Below the pieces are notes generated by a model. It made no database searches, had not been told where the DNA came from, and saw only the letters and a program-made list of their open reading frames with translations. 64,000 bases of DNA from an uncultured Rhabdochlamydiaceae bacterium. Its GTDB lineage: Bacteria > Chlamydiota > Chlamydiia > Chlamydiales > Rhabdochlamydiaceae. Position 1 is the first letter of the stretch, and each line of letters begins with the position of its first letter. Of the stretch, positions 29,550 to 39,494 are shown piece after piece. The position numbers and the translations under genes are program-made. Where the stretch lies: assembly GCA_963712275.1 (NCBI GenBank), contig CAVQHD010000001.1:64001-128000 (forward strand), read 5' to 3'.

Positions 29550-30311
29550 TTACCCAATGAACGCCAGCTGAGGGATACGCAGATCGATGACTTGAGGCTT
29601 AGGAGGAAGGGTCCGGCGGAGCTGAAGGTAGTTGCCTAATTCTTGGGCAAAGTTTTTAGGAGTTAAGCGAAGAAATTTTGAGAAGCCGTCTTCTTCGAGG
29701 ATGACGATGATTTCCCGCCTTCCTAAAGAGGGAGCAAACGCTTCTGTCACATCGATCCGTTGGATATGGAGCGCTTGAGCTTGCATCAATTTCAGCAGAG
29801 TGAGTGCAAGGTCGGTCTTGGGCCCTTTTAAGGAGTGGCTCCAAGAAAAATTTGAAACTCCGAGATAAATTTCAGGAAGTTTTTTGGGAGAGAAAAAAGG
29901 GGTGATGGGAAAGGGAACAGCTTCTTCATCAAGAGCTGTATTTTCAAAGTCGTAGAGCCATGCAATCGGTTGCCTGACGGTGTAATCGACATAAACTGTT
30001 TCGGGATCTATCACTTTAACCACCGCCTGTTTAATCACAGGCGACTCCCGAAGCTTGGTCTCTGCTTGAAGAGAGTTGAAGCGGTCGATGGTTTGCGGTC
30101 TATCAGCTGAAATTTGCATCAGCTCGGCTAGATAGGCTGTTTTTAAAGCCTCTTTTTGAGGACCCGTTTGAACGATACGGCATAGGTAATGAGGAGGACT
30201 GGTGTGTGTTTGATAGTGGAGAAATACTTTATACCCTTTAAAAGCAGCGCCTGGAATAAGAAGAAGCGACCCTACAATCCAAGTTAATGCATGGAGAAAA
30301 GGGATTTTCAT
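29550..30311 (-). CDS. ftsQ: FtsQ-like cell division protein
   Basis: N-terminal TM, POTRA-like segment, C-terminal IDLR; follows murC-ddl. Confidence 0.75.
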   Translation of the reverse strand: MKIPFLHALTWIVGSLLLIPGAAFKGYKVFLHYQTHTSPPHYLCRIVQTGPQKEALKTAYLAELMQISADRPQTIDRFNSLQAETKLRESPVIKQAVVKVIDPETVYVDYTVRQPIAWLYDFENTALDEEAVPFPITPFFSPKKLPEIYLGVSNFSWSHSLKGPKTDLALTLLKLMQAQALHIQRIDVTEAFAPSLGRREIIVILEEDGFSKFLRLTPKNFAQELGNYLQLRRTLPPKPQVIDLRIPQLAFIG

Positions 30312-32665
30312 AATTCAATGGGCGGTTTTGCAGGAAGACGAAGGTGCCTTTGATGAAAACGGTGACGGTGAAGGCTTGCAATCACGACTCGATCGATTAC
30401 AAGAGTAGTGGGAATCCCCTCTGCTTTCCAAATCACTGGATAGACACTCATCGGGGTAAATCCCGGCATCGGATTCACCTCACTTAAAACCCATGTTCCA
30501 TCGGGTTTCAAGAAGAAGTCAATACGGGCAAGCCCGGAGCATCCAACGGCTCGATAGACTGTTTCAGCCATGCGGCGCCCTTGCTCTAAAATGTTGGGAG
30601 GTAGTGGTGTTTTTGGGATCGAAGGATTGCCGCTTAGGGCGTATTTGTTTTCATAGGTATGTACCTCATCTGCACGGATCACTTCTGCAGGATCTGAAAC
30701 AGAGACCTCATCATCGCCGATAAACCCAAATTCAAGCTCTCTTCCCACAACTTCTTCTTCGACAAGAAAACGGTAATCGAGCTTGGCAATGGCATGAATG
30801 GCGTCATCGATCTCACGTTCTGTTTTCACGCGATGAACTCCAAAAGTCGACCCAAGATGAACCGCTTTGATATAAAAAGGAAATGAAAACGAGTTTAAAA
30901 TCGTCTCTCGCACACGATCTGTTTTTTTCAGCCACTCATGGACAGAAAACTCGATAAAACGGGCAACAGGAACACCGTGGGCCAAGGCAATATGCTTCGT
31001 CCATGCTTTGTCCATGGCAATGACGCAAGAGCGGAAATCACACCCTACGTAAGGAATTCCAAGGGTTTCTAAAAAACCTTGCACCATGCCATCTTCTCCA
31101 AAAGGGCCATGTAACATCGGAAGGACAAGATCTGATGTCAATAGCTGTGAAACGACATCGGGAAGAGGGTGCTCTTTCCCTTCGCAGATCCAAGCTCCCT
31201 CTTTGGAGATTGTCCATTTTGTAAGCTGATAGAACTGCGGATTGATCTCTTCAGTTAATACCCTCGTAGAAAGAAGCGAAACTTCATGCTCCGCCGACTT
31301 TCCTCCTTGAAGAATCGTCATTTGAAAGGGTTTGATCGGATAGCTCAGCAGCTCAGACCCGAGCGCCGTCACATCTCCTGCCCCAAGAGTCACCACAATT
31401 TCATGAGGACGTACATAGTCGCCAAGAGCGTGGAGAAGCTCGTGGCGGGGGGCGTAAACCACAGGGATGGGCAACGTATTTTTAAGCGCCTCGCTAAACC
31501 TTTTTCCAGTAATATTCTCAATGGGCTTCTCCCATGCTCCATGCACATCCGAGACAAAGACGACATCAGCAGCGTCAAAGGCTTTCAAAAAATCGTCCCA
31601 GCAATGTTTGAGTCGGGAGAATCGATGAGGTTGAAAGACAGCAATCACCCTTCGCTCGCAGGCAGCCTTTCTAAGCCCTTCAAGGGTTGTCTTAATCTCT
31701 GTCGGGTGGTGCGCATAGTCATCAAAAATAGCTACCCCTCGGTTTTCTCCTTTTTTCTCCATCCGCCGTTTGACGCCTTGGAACGTTTGCAAGGCAGATC
31801 GAATGACCTCCTCCGAAATCCCCAATTGAAGGGCAAGAGCAAAGACGGCAGCTCCATTGAGCACATTATGCTCTCCAAGAAGTGGGAGATGAATGTTCAA
31901 ATAATCCTTCCCTTCCCATCGCAGATCAAATATCAGATGCCACCCCTCTTGCTTCCACCTCGCAATCTGAACATCAGCAGCGGGAGAAAAACCGTAACTT
32001 TTTCCTGGGAGGTTAAGTCCTTTCAGAAGAGGATCGTCTTGACACCACCAAAGGTGGTTTGAAATCTGAGATGCAAATGTTTTAAACCCTTGGATCAGGG
32101 CATCGCGGCTTTTCCAAAAATCGAGATGCTCTTCTTCGATGTTCGTGATGATTGCTCCAAATCCTTGGTAGCGCAGGAAGGTTCCATCGCTCTCATCGGC
32201 TTCTGCGACAAAAAAAGAGCCCTTGCCCAAGCGTCCATTGGTCGAATAGTTAAGAGCAATTCCCCCAATGGCAAACGTAGGATCGAGCTCTGCCTGATAA
32301 AGCACATGGGCAAGCAGGGCTGAAGTCGATGTTTTTCCATGGGTGCCTGCGATGAGAAGCGGACGAGACCCTTTCATTAGCTCTGCTAAGAGCTCTGATC
32401 GATGAAGAAGGGGAATTCCTTGAGAAACGGCAGCTTCATACTCAGGATGGTGAGGTTTGATTTCAGTTCCATAAACCACCGTCGTCGCCTTCTGCAAATA
32501 GGAAGCATCATGCGAGTCAAAAACATCAGTCCCTGTTTTTTTTAAGCCTTCTGTGACGTAGCTCATGACGAGATCGGTTCCTTGAACATGCGCTCCCCGG
32601 CTGCGCAAAATACGGGCCAAAGCGCTCATCCCAATTCCCCCAATTCCAATAAAATGGTATCTCAT
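30308..32665 (-). CDS. murC-ddl: bifunctional UDP-N-acetylmuramate--L-alanine ligase / D-Ala-D-Ala ligase
   Basis: GIGGIGMS, GTHGKT, DDYAHHPTE, then GGKSAEHEVS, LHGPFGEDG, EVNPMPG. Confidence 0.96.
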   Translation of the reverse strand: MRYHFIGIGGIGMSALARILRSRGAHVQGTDLVMSYVTEGLKKTGTDVFDSHDASYLQKATTVVYGTEIKPHHPEYEAAVSQGIPLLHRSELLAELMKGSRPLLIAGTHGKTSTSALLAHVLYQAELDPTFAIGGIALNYSTNGRLGKGSFFVAEADESDGTFLRYQGFGAIITNIEEEHLDFWKSRDALIQGFKTFASQISNHLWWCQDDPLLKGLNLPGKSYGFSPAADVQIARWKQEGWHLIFDLRWEGKDYLNIHLPLLGEHNVLNGAAVFALALQLGISEEVIRSALQTFQGVKRRMEKKGENRGVAIFDDYAHHPTEIKTTLEGLRKAACERRVIAVFQPHRFSRLKHCWDDFLKAFDAADVVFVSDVHGAWEKPIENITGKRFSEALKNTLPIPVVYAPRHELLHALGDYVRPHEIVVTLGAGDVTALGSELLSYPIKPFQMTILQGGKSAEHEVSLLSTRVLTEEINPQFYQLTKWTISKEGAWICEGKEHPLPDVVSQLLTSDLVLPMLHGPFGEDGMVQGFLETLGIPYVGCDFRSCVIAMDKAWTKHIALAHGVPVARFIEFSVHEWLKKTDRVRETILNSFSFPFYIKAVHLGSTFGVHRVKTEREIDDAIHAIAKLDYRFLVEEEVVGRELEFGFIGDDEVSVSDPAEVIRADEVHTYENKYALSGNPSIPKTPLPPNILEQGRRMAETVYRAVGCSGLARIDFFLKPDGTWVLSEVNPMPGFTPMSVYPVIWKAEGIPTTLVIDRVVIASLHRHRFHQRHLRLPAKPPIEL

Positions 32666-33771
32666 ACTAAATCCTTAATAACCGAACTGAATTCTTTTTT
32701 TTTCTCATCATTCTGGAAAGCCAAAATGGCTTGATGCATGGCGTCTCTTTGACTTGGACGGAGCATTTGAGTCAAAAGAGTTGCCAGTAACTCTACTGTG
32801 AGCGTCGACTCAGGGCACGTGATAGCCCCTTTGACTTTTTCTTCAATAAACTGCGCATTTTTGGTCTGGTGGTCATCTGCTGCTTTAGGGAAAGGAATAC
32901 AGATTCCAGGAACGGCATGCCGGATCAGCTCTGCTGCTGTTGCCGCCCCTGAGCGGCAGACAACCGCACTGGAGGCGCTCCAAGCAAATCTCATTTTTTC
33001 TTCAAATGATTTAACGCACGCAGGAATGCCTGCACTTGCATAGAGCTGTCTAAACTTTTCGACAGATTCTGACTTGCCTGTGATATGAATGACTTGAAAT
33101 CGGGCCGTCTCTTTGACACGCTTTGCTGCTTCAAGGAAGAGCCTGTTAATCGATTCAGAACCTTGCGAGCCGCCAAAGACAAGAAACGTAAAGGTACTGG
33201 GATCGAGGTAAAAATACTCACGGGCAACTCCCGGTTCAATGGAGGTCTCTTTAGGAGTTGGCATTTTGACTTCGACCACCTTACCTCGCAGCTCTTTTCC
33301 TGCTTCCGCAAACTGAACTGCAGAGAAAACCGTCCATCTTGAAAACAGCCGATTGACTTTACCTGGGACCGCGTTGGGTTCGAATAAAACAATGGGGATT
33401 TTTTTGAGCCTAGCTGCAAAGAGAACGGGAAATGTATAAAAACTTCCAAATCCAATCACAAGTTGAGGTTTCAGCTCTGTTAAAATTTTAATGCTTTGCA
33501 AAATGCCTTGCGCAATCTTCCAAAAAGATCGGAAAATATTGATTTTAACAATTGAACTCGCAGCGACTTCCCGATATTTGAAACGGGTTTTATGAAAATA
33601 CCGATTACTTTCAAGCCCCCCTCCAACAAAGACAACATCGTGCGTTTGTTCAATCAACTCAGAAGCCAGGGCCTCTGCTGGAAAGACATGCCCGCCGGTT
33701 CCCCCGGTAGCGATGACAATTTTACTGAGCTTGGTTCTTGGATGCGGCATATTTTTGTAGGTAAGAGACAT
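32662..33771 (-). CDS. murG: lipid II GlcNAc transferase
   Basis: GGTGGHVFP, GGSQGS, RSGAAT, HQTKNA; start may be 33750. Confidence 0.96.
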   Translation of the reverse strand: MSLTYKNMPHPRTKLSKIVIATGGTGGHVFPAEALASELIEQTHDVVFVGGGLESNRYFHKTRFKYREVAASSIVKINIFRSFWKIAQGILQSIKILTELKPQLVIGFGSFYTFPVLFAARLKKIPIVLFEPNAVPGKVNRLFSRWTVFSAVQFAEAGKELRGKVVEVKMPTPKETSIEPGVAREYFYLDPSTFTFLVFGGSQGSESINRLFLEAAKRVKETARFQVIHITGKSESVEKFRQLYASAGIPACVKSFEEKMRFAWSASSAVVCRSGAATAAELIRHAVPGICIPFPKAADDHQTKNAQFIEEKVKGAITCPESTLTVELLATLLTQMLRPSQRDAMHQAILAFQNDEKKKEFSSVIKDLV

Positions 33772-34849
33772 TTAAGATAATACAAATCACCATAAAATTC
33801 GCAAGCAAAGACGATCCTCCCTGGCTAAAAAAAGGAAGGTTTGTTCCCTTGCTTGGCAAAAGGCCTGACACAACGCCTAAGTTAAGAAACGCTTGAAAGC
33901 AGAGTAAAAAAGTGAGGACCGACACTGTATAAAAGGCTGAGAGATCGTGTGCCTTGGCTGCAATCGAAAATCCAAAGTAACCAATTGCCATATATAGAAT
34001 AATCAAAAGAGAAATCCCAAGAAATCCAAATTCTTCACCAAAAATGGCTGCAATGTAATCGCTTCGCGCTTCTGGTAGGTAATCCAATTTTTGCATGCTT
34101 TCCCCTAGTCCTCGCCCAAAGACGCCTCCTGATCCAGCGGCAATTTTAGCTTGATGAGGCTGATGCCCTTTCCCCAGCAGGTCGAGCTCCGGATGAAGAT
34201 AAATCCGAATTCGATCGTGAACATGTGGCATCTTCGATGCAACGGCCCCTCCAATGGCCATGAGCACGAGTAGCGGCAAAGCCCAATAGACCCATCGTAT
34301 TTTTGCAAGCACAAAAAGAGCGATGAGTCCCATTAAAATAATGGCAACTGTTCCATTGTCGGGCTCAATTAAAATAAGCCCAATTGGAACTGAAAGTTTA
34401 AGGAGGAGCCGAATCAGAGTTTTGAAATCGACAGGCTCTGTCCGACGAGAAATGGAATGGATAAAATAGAGAGGGATCAAATATTTAACAAATTCAGAGG
34501 GCTGCAGCGAATAGCTTCCAACCCCAAGCCATCGATGGGCTCCATTGATCTGCTGTCCTAAGCCTGGAACAAACACGAGAACTAAAAGCACCGTTCCAGC
34601 CGCTAGAAAATAGCCACTCAATCGCAAAAACTGATCATACCCTAAAAACCATAATCCCACAGCAAATACCCCGCCAAGCATCGCATAGAGTATTTGCTTC
34701 AAAAGAGCATGATGAAGGCTTTTAGGCAGCAAACGGTCTAAAACCTCTGCTGAACTCGTATTAAAAACCATCGAAAGCCCCAACACTATCAAAATAATCA
34801 CAGCACTCAAAAGAAAAAAACTTGGACTTGTCCCAGTAGAGCGTGTCAT
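33722..34849 (-). CDS. ftsW: SEDS peptidoglycan polymerase FtsW
   Basis: NGAHRW, QPSEF, LPEARSDYI..GEEFG, LPFFSQGGSS. Confidence 0.95.
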   Translation of the reverse strand: MTRSTGTSPSFFLLSAVIILIVLGLSMVFNTSSAEVLDRLLPKSLHHALLKQILYAMLGGVFAVGLWFLGYDQFLRLSGYFLAAGTVLLVLVFVPGLGQQINGAHRWLGVGSYSLQPSEFVKYLIPLYFIHSISRRTEPVDFKTLIRLLLKLSVPIGLILIEPDNGTVAIILMGLIALFVLAKIRWVYWALPLLVLMAIGGAVASKMPHVHDRIRIYLHPELDLLGKGHQPHQAKIAAGSGGVFGRGLGESMQKLDYLPEARSDYIAAIFGEEFGFLGISLLIILYMAIGYFGFSIAAKAHDLSAFYTVSVLTFLLCFQAFLNLGVVSGLLPSKGTNLPFFSQGGSSLLANFMVICIILNVSYLQKYAASKNQAQ

Positions 34850-35517
34850 TACTTAATACGAATTTGGTCTCCAGCCTTTAAACGTTTTGCTTTTTGCTCA
34901 TCTAAATTGTTAAGTTTAAGAAGTTCTTCAACTTTCATCCGATGTTTGACAGCGATCGTCCATGGGTTATCTCCTGCTTTAACAGTATAATACTGTGAGC
35001 CCGTTGAAGAGGAGGTGGATATTGAGGCTGCAGCAGGAATTTTCAAGACCTGTCCAATTTTAAGGCGGGTTGTCGCGAGCTTATTAGCTTTCATAATATC
35101 TGTGACAGTCACATGATTTTGTCGAGCTATTCTTTCGAGCACATCTCCTTTTTTAACTGTCACTTCTTTAAGCTTAGATTCCACGACTTGAGACTCCTCC
35201 ATAGGTGAAGGGACAGAAGGAGTTCCGATGGCTTGAAGGTCAGCAAGAAAATTGGGGCTCTGATCAGAGGATGTAATAACTTGAGGAGTCACATACTGCT
35301 CAATCACTTGATCGACCTGGTTTTGAGATATCATAGGAGAAGCTATCGGAGCAGGCGGACTGGCAGCTTCTTTGACTTCAGGTTGGTTCGAGGCGAGAAT
35401 GACAGTCGCTGGTGGCCCCTCTTCCTTCTTATCAGGTTTTAAACTCGTCGCAAATAAAACAATTAAAAGCCCTGCATTCAGCAAGACTGCAATAATAATG
35501 GTATGTTTTCGGCTCAT
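34849..35517 (-). CDS. nlpD: LysM-domain protein (NlpD-like)
   Basis: N-terminal TM and two LysM repeats (VKKGDVL.., YTVKAGDN..). Confidence 0.88.
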   Translation of the reverse strand: MSRKHTIIIAVLLNAGLLIVLFATSLKPDKKEEGPPATVILASNQPEVKEAASPPAPIASPMISQNQVDQVIEQYVTPQVITSSDQSPNFLADLQAIGTPSVPSPMEESQVVESKLKEVTVKKGDVLERIARQNHVTVTDIMKANKLATTRLKIGQVLKIPAAASISTSSSTGSQYYTVKAGDNPWTIAVKHRMKVEELLKLNNLDEQKAKRLKAGDQIRIK

Positions 35518-36824
35518 CTATTTCCTCCTGCTTGATAAACACAGCATTTAAAATTCTCACCTCGATCAGCGTAATTGTTAAACATGTCAAAACTGGCGCA
35601 CCCTGGGGATAGTAAAACAGCATCCCCTTGTTTTGCAACTGCCTTTGATCGGAGTACAGCCTCTTTTAAATTAGCGACAATCTCCACCTGAAATTCAGGT
35701 TTTAAATCTTGAGCAATCTTATGAGCTGCCTCGCCGATCGCAATCACATGGCGCACCTTCTCCATGAAGGAGGGTTTCCACGGGTGGTAAGCGGCTCCTT
35801 TGTCAACCCCTCCCACAATTAGAACAACCTTCCCCTTCATCGCCATCACAGCTTTGATAGTGGCATCAATATTCGTCCCTTTGCTGTCGTTGATATATTC
35901 AACACCATCGATACAAGCGACCCATTCAATCCGATGAGCCGGTTTTTTAAATGTCTCCACTGCCTGCAGGAATTGCTCAGGACGAATGTCAAAGGGCTTA
36001 CATGCAATCCACGCTGAGAGAACATTCTCACTTTCATGAGCTCCCCAATTCCTATAACAAGGTGGTAAAAACGTTTCAACCGATGAATTTCTTAGCAAGG
36101 CTACCTGATCGGTCCATAAGGTACAATCACGATTTCTTCCGTAGGTCTGATAATCTCTTTTCAATAACTCCTTAAACTGCGCAGCCACACTTTCATGAAC
36201 CCAAAAGGCGCCCCCACTCTTCATGCAATCTTGCAGACGGCATTTGGCCTCCGCATAGAGCCGCATACTCCCATATCTATCCAAGTGATCAGGCGTCACA
36301 TTCAAGATCAGCCCTACATCAAAGAGGGGCATCGAAAGCGTTTCAAGTTGATAAGAGCTCAGCTCAATGACAAAAATATCGCCAGCACGCGCCTCTTTCA
36401 CATAGGAGCAAAGGGGCACTCCGACATTTCCAAGGGCAGGAGCAGATAGCCCGGCCGCTTGAAGAATGTGAGCGACCAAAAGCGTCACCGTTGTTTTCCC
36501 ATTAGTTCCGGTAATTCCAATCGCTGCCCTGGAAAGAGCCAGGTGAGATAGCCTCTTTAACGCCAGCTCTGCTTCCCCAAGAATTGGAAGGCCTCGCTCC
36601 TCCGCCTCCTTAACCCATCGATGCACTGCCGGCACCCCTGGAGATAAAATCACCCGATCGAAGTCTGCCATCTTGACATCGAAGGCTGCCTTTTTCCCTT
36701 CGTCAAGGCACTTCTTAACAGTCTGAGGGTTGTCATCCACTCCAACCACTTCATCCCCTTCATCCACTAAGAGTTCATAGGCAGCAAGGCCGCTTTTTCC
36801 CAGACCAACAATTAAAGTTCGCAT
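35514..36824 (-). CDS. murD: UDP-MurNAc-L-Ala--D-glutamate ligase
   Basis: GLGKSG, ITGTNGKTT, ELSSYQL, DHLDRY, NDSKGTN, LSPGCASFD. Confidence 0.96.
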   Translation of the reverse strand: MRTLIVGLGKSGLAAYELLVDEGDEVVGVDDNPQTVKKCLDEGKKAAFDVKMADFDRVILSPGVPAVHRWVKEAEERGLPILGEAELALKRLSHLALSRAAIGITGTNGKTTVTLLVAHILQAAGLSAPALGNVGVPLCSYVKEARAGDIFVIELSSYQLETLSMPLFDVGLILNVTPDHLDRYGSMRLYAEAKCRLQDCMKSGGAFWVHESVAAQFKELLKRDYQTYGRNRDCTLWTDQVALLRNSSVETFLPPCYRNWGAHESENVLSAWIACKPFDIRPEQFLQAVETFKKPAHRIEWVACIDGVEYINDSKGTNIDATIKAVMAMKGKVVLIVGGVDKGAAYHPWKPSFMEKVRHVIAIGEAAHKIAQDLKPEFQVEIVANLKEAVLRSKAVAKQGDAVLLSPGCASFDMFNNYADRGENFKCCVYQAGGNR

Positions 36825-37294
36825 AGCATTTTCCAGAGCAACTCTAAAAGCCGCCTCGTTGTCTGAAGAATGACAACTTTGCGCTCTCCCTTCATCTGAA
36901 AAGAGGCAATCTCAGGATCTCGATTTTTAAAACCAATTGCATAGTACACGGTACCAACAGGTTTTTCCACAGTTCCCCCTGAAGGCCCCGCAATACCAGA
37001 GACAGCCACCCCTACATCGGCTCCAGTTGCCTCAAGTACTCCGCGCCACATTTCATGGACCGTTTCTGCCGAAACAGCTCCATGGGTGCTCAGTGTTTTT
37101 GAAGAGACCTGGAGAAGGCGACTCTTAAGGATATTCGAATAAGCCACAACCGATCCTAGAAAATAACGGGAAGCCCCTGGAATCGCCGTCAGCGCAGCTG
37201 CAAGGGCACCTCCCGTGCAAGACTCTGCGCAAGCAAGGGTTTGATGGTGCTCAATCATCCATTTTTGGATCGCCTCCTCGATTTTTCCGCTCAT
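36812..37294 (-). CDS. pncC: CinA/PncC NMN deamidase
   Basis: AESCTGG, GAVSAE, SGIAGP.GGT..KPVGTV; start at MSGKIEE. Confidence 0.88.
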   Translation of the reverse strand: MSGKIEEAIQKWMIEHHQTLACAESCTGGALAAALTAIPGASRYFLGSVVAYSNILKSRLLQVSSKTLSTHGAVSAETVHEMWRGVLEATGADVGVAVSGIAGPSGGTVEKPVGTVYYAIGFKNRDPEIASFQMKGERKVVILQTTRRLLELLWKMLCEL

Positions 37295-37304
37295 CGATTC
37301 ATCC

Positions 37305-37994
37305 TCAATAGACATGCACAGAGATTCCTTGAGCACGCAGCTGAGGATGGGCCGCAATCCACGAGAAACACCTCTTTCCAAGTCTCATAGCTGTGGCAAT
37401 TTTACGTCCTTCCCAAATAAATGTCGTTGGAACAGAATGGGCGCGCAGCCACTTCACAAGCTTAGAAAAAAGAGCTCCATTTGGGAAAAGGGTTTCATCC
37501 GATGTTTTTTCCAAAACCCCTCGGGCTCCATCAAAGAAAATCTGCGGAAAAGAAAACTGTACCCCCCAATGAACGCTCTCAGGGCCCATCACCATCGGAT
37601 GGATTTGATGATCGATTTTCGAAGCAAAAAAATGGCCCTGTTGAACCTGGACAATAGGACGCGCTAGCTTTCCGATCCACCGACCCGACTGAACTTCATG
37701 GGCAAATAAGGCCTCCGGATCAGCCGTCATGACCGACGAAAAAATCCTTCGATCATATTTATTAATAATATTCCCCTGCTGAAGGGCTTGGACATAGGCG
37801 CCATAGGCTTCTAAAAAGGCTTCTTGAGAAATTTCAAGATCTGTAAATGGTCCAATGGAGCTGACATTATAGAAACTAAAGGGAAGCGCCGCTTTTAAGC
37901 AGGCCTCCATTTCCACCCTATCTAAAAGAACTTGATGCTTCAACCATTTTGAAACGGAAAAGCTTACTGGAAGTTTAGTTTTGAGGGAGGACAT
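37305..37994 (-). CDS. conserved chlamydial hypothetical protein
   Basis: ATG 37994 overlapping the lspA end; SKWLK and WGVQFSFPQ motifs. Confidence 0.7.
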   Translation of the reverse strand: MSSLKTKLPVSFSVSKWLKHQVLLDRVEMEACLKAALPFSFYNVSSIGPFTDLEISQEAFLEAYGAYVQALQQGNIINKYDRRIFSSVMTADPEALFAHEVQSGRWIGKLARPIVQVQQGHFFASKIDHQIHPMVMGPESVHWGVQFSFPQIFFDGARGVLEKTSDETLFPNGALFSKLVKWLRAHSVPTTFIWEGRKIATAMRLGKRCFSWIAAHPQLRAQGISVHVY

Positions 37995-38508
37995 CGGGCT
38001 TAGGAGAATCGTTTCGAGATGTTTTCCAACTTGTCCACAAAAGAGCGGCAATTCCACAAAATATTGCACTATCTGCAATATTGAAGACTGGGTAGGAATA
38101 ACCCCAGAAGATAAAATGGAACATGTCGATAACATGCCCATAAATAAAATAATCCAGAATGTTTCCAATTCCTCCAACCATGATCAACATTAAACCGTAT
38201 CTTTGCAGATATGCCTTAGCAGAGAGTCGTAGATAAATTGCAAGCCCGAGCACAATAGCGCACCGAATAAAGAGGATCGCCATTTGCCAAGACTCTCCCA
38301 GTCCCCATGCAACGCCTCGATTTGTCACGTGATGGATGCAAAAATCGACCCCTCCCTTCTGGAAAACGGCAATGCCTCCAAAAGGAAAGAAAGGAGACGC
38401 CAGTTCAAAAGGCTTAAATAAAAGATGTATGATTCCCTTCGAACTCATATCTAGAGCCAAGATTCCTAAACCGACTAAAAAAAGTTTAAACATCCCTTTC
38501 CAAGTCAC
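37975..38508 (-). CDS. lspA: signal peptidase II
   Basis: NRGVAWG, GNILD..GHVIDM, FNIADSAI. Confidence 0.95.
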   Translation of the reverse strand: MTWKGMFKLFLVGLGILALDMSSKGIIHLLFKPFELASPFFPFGGIAVFQKGGVDFCIHHVTNRGVAWGLGESWQMAILFIRCAIVLGLAIYLRLSAKAYLQRYGLMLIMVGGIGNILDYFIYGHVIDMFHFIFWGYSYPVFNIADSAIFCGIAALLWTSWKTSRNDSPKPDVLPQN

Positions 38509-38882
38509 TGAATTAATCCTTTTTTTATCATTTCTTGGGCTTCAACTGTCATCGTAGCATAAGGGAGAGCCTTAAGCCGTGCAATGGGGATCTCTTTTTT
38601 TGTAATGTCGCAAATACCATAGGTATTTTCATTGATTTTTTCTAAGGCTCGATCAATCTGACGGAGCACCTTGTATTCTTCACCAGACACTTGAAGACTC
38701 ACATTGCGATAAAAATCATCTGTCCCTTCATCTGCTTGATGTTGGGAATACCCTTTCGATTCTTCGGGAGTTCTAACTTCTTCATTGACATGGTTAACGA
38801 TCTTTGTAAATTGGGCCCTGAGTTCAAGAAGTTGTTTATGAAACTTTTCAACTTCAGCTTTTTTGAGAGGCATGCTCACCAT
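38505..38882 (-). CDS. dksA: DksA/TraR family regulator
   Basis: HQADEGTD, IDRAL.KI..TYGIC, RLKALPYA. Confidence 0.92.
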   Translation of the reverse strand: MVSMPLKKAEVEKFHKQLLELRAQFTKIVNHVNEEVRTPEESKGYSQHQADEGTDDFYRNVSLQVSGEEYKVLRQIDRALEKINENTYGICDITKKEIPIARLKALPYATMTVEAQEMIKKGLIQ

Positions 38883-39342
38883 CCTTCGTTAATTCTTCCG
38901 TTGAGATATTTTGGATCTCGTCCATTAATTCATCCATATCCTTAAACCGGCGATATACGCAAGCAAAACGAATGTAGGCAATTGTATCAAGCTCTTTCAG
39001 ATGGTTCATCACAATTTCACCAAGCTCTGTCGTATCAATATCTCGAATTTGCCGCTCCATCAAATCAGCTGTAATTTGAGAGGCAAGGACAAGAACTTGA
39101 TCATGGCTGATCCGAGTATGGCGGCAAGCCGCATCTAACCCTCGAATCAACTTATCTTGTTGAAAGTCCTCATACCGCCCATCCCGCTTATGTACTTGAA
39201 TCGTCAGATCGACCGTTTCAAATGTGGTAAATCGCCGCCCGCAGCTCAAACATTCCCGCCTGCGGCGGACAGCATTTTGCTCGACTGCGTTTCGAGAGTC
39301 GGTCACCTTGAACTCAAGGTGGCTACAAAAAGGGCACCGCAT
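38854..39342 (-). CDS. nrdR: transcriptional repressor NrdR
   Basis: MRCPFC..VTDSR..RRRREC..CGRRFTTFE; ATP cone. Confidence 0.96.
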   Translation of the reverse strand: MRCPFCSHLEFKVTDSRNAVEQNAVRRRRECLSCGRRFTTFETVDLTIQVHKRDGRYEDFQQDKLIRGLDAACRHTRISHDQVLVLASQITADLMERQIRDIDTTELGEIVMNHLKELDTIAYIRFACVYRRFKDMDELMDEIQNISTEELTKDGEHASQKS

Positions 39343-39424
39343 CTAGCTTTATCCTACTTTAAAAACCACAGCATATCCCAAAAAGAGATTAAAAATCCCT
39401 TTAAAAAAAAATTTAGCCCTTGAT

Positions 39425-39494
39425 TTATCGGCATGTTATCGGCATTCTATAAGCAAGAGCTGATGCAGATAAATTGCTGATAAAATGCCGATAA
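39425..39494. promoter_or_regulatory. array of TTATCGGCAT 10-mers (2 direct, 3 inverted, 11-bp period) overlapping the fic start
   Basis: direct at 39425 and 39436; inverted ATGC(A/C)GATAA-like at 39463, 39474, 39485. Confidence 0.65.

Noticed and set aside
31286..32062. 258-aa plus-strand ORF (also 22608-23231 and 43290-43844)
   Set aside because: Shadows opposite murC-ddl, the CT768-like gene and prfA; no motifs
30308..32665. murC-ddl fusion as a novelty
   Set aside because: Well-known chlamydial feature
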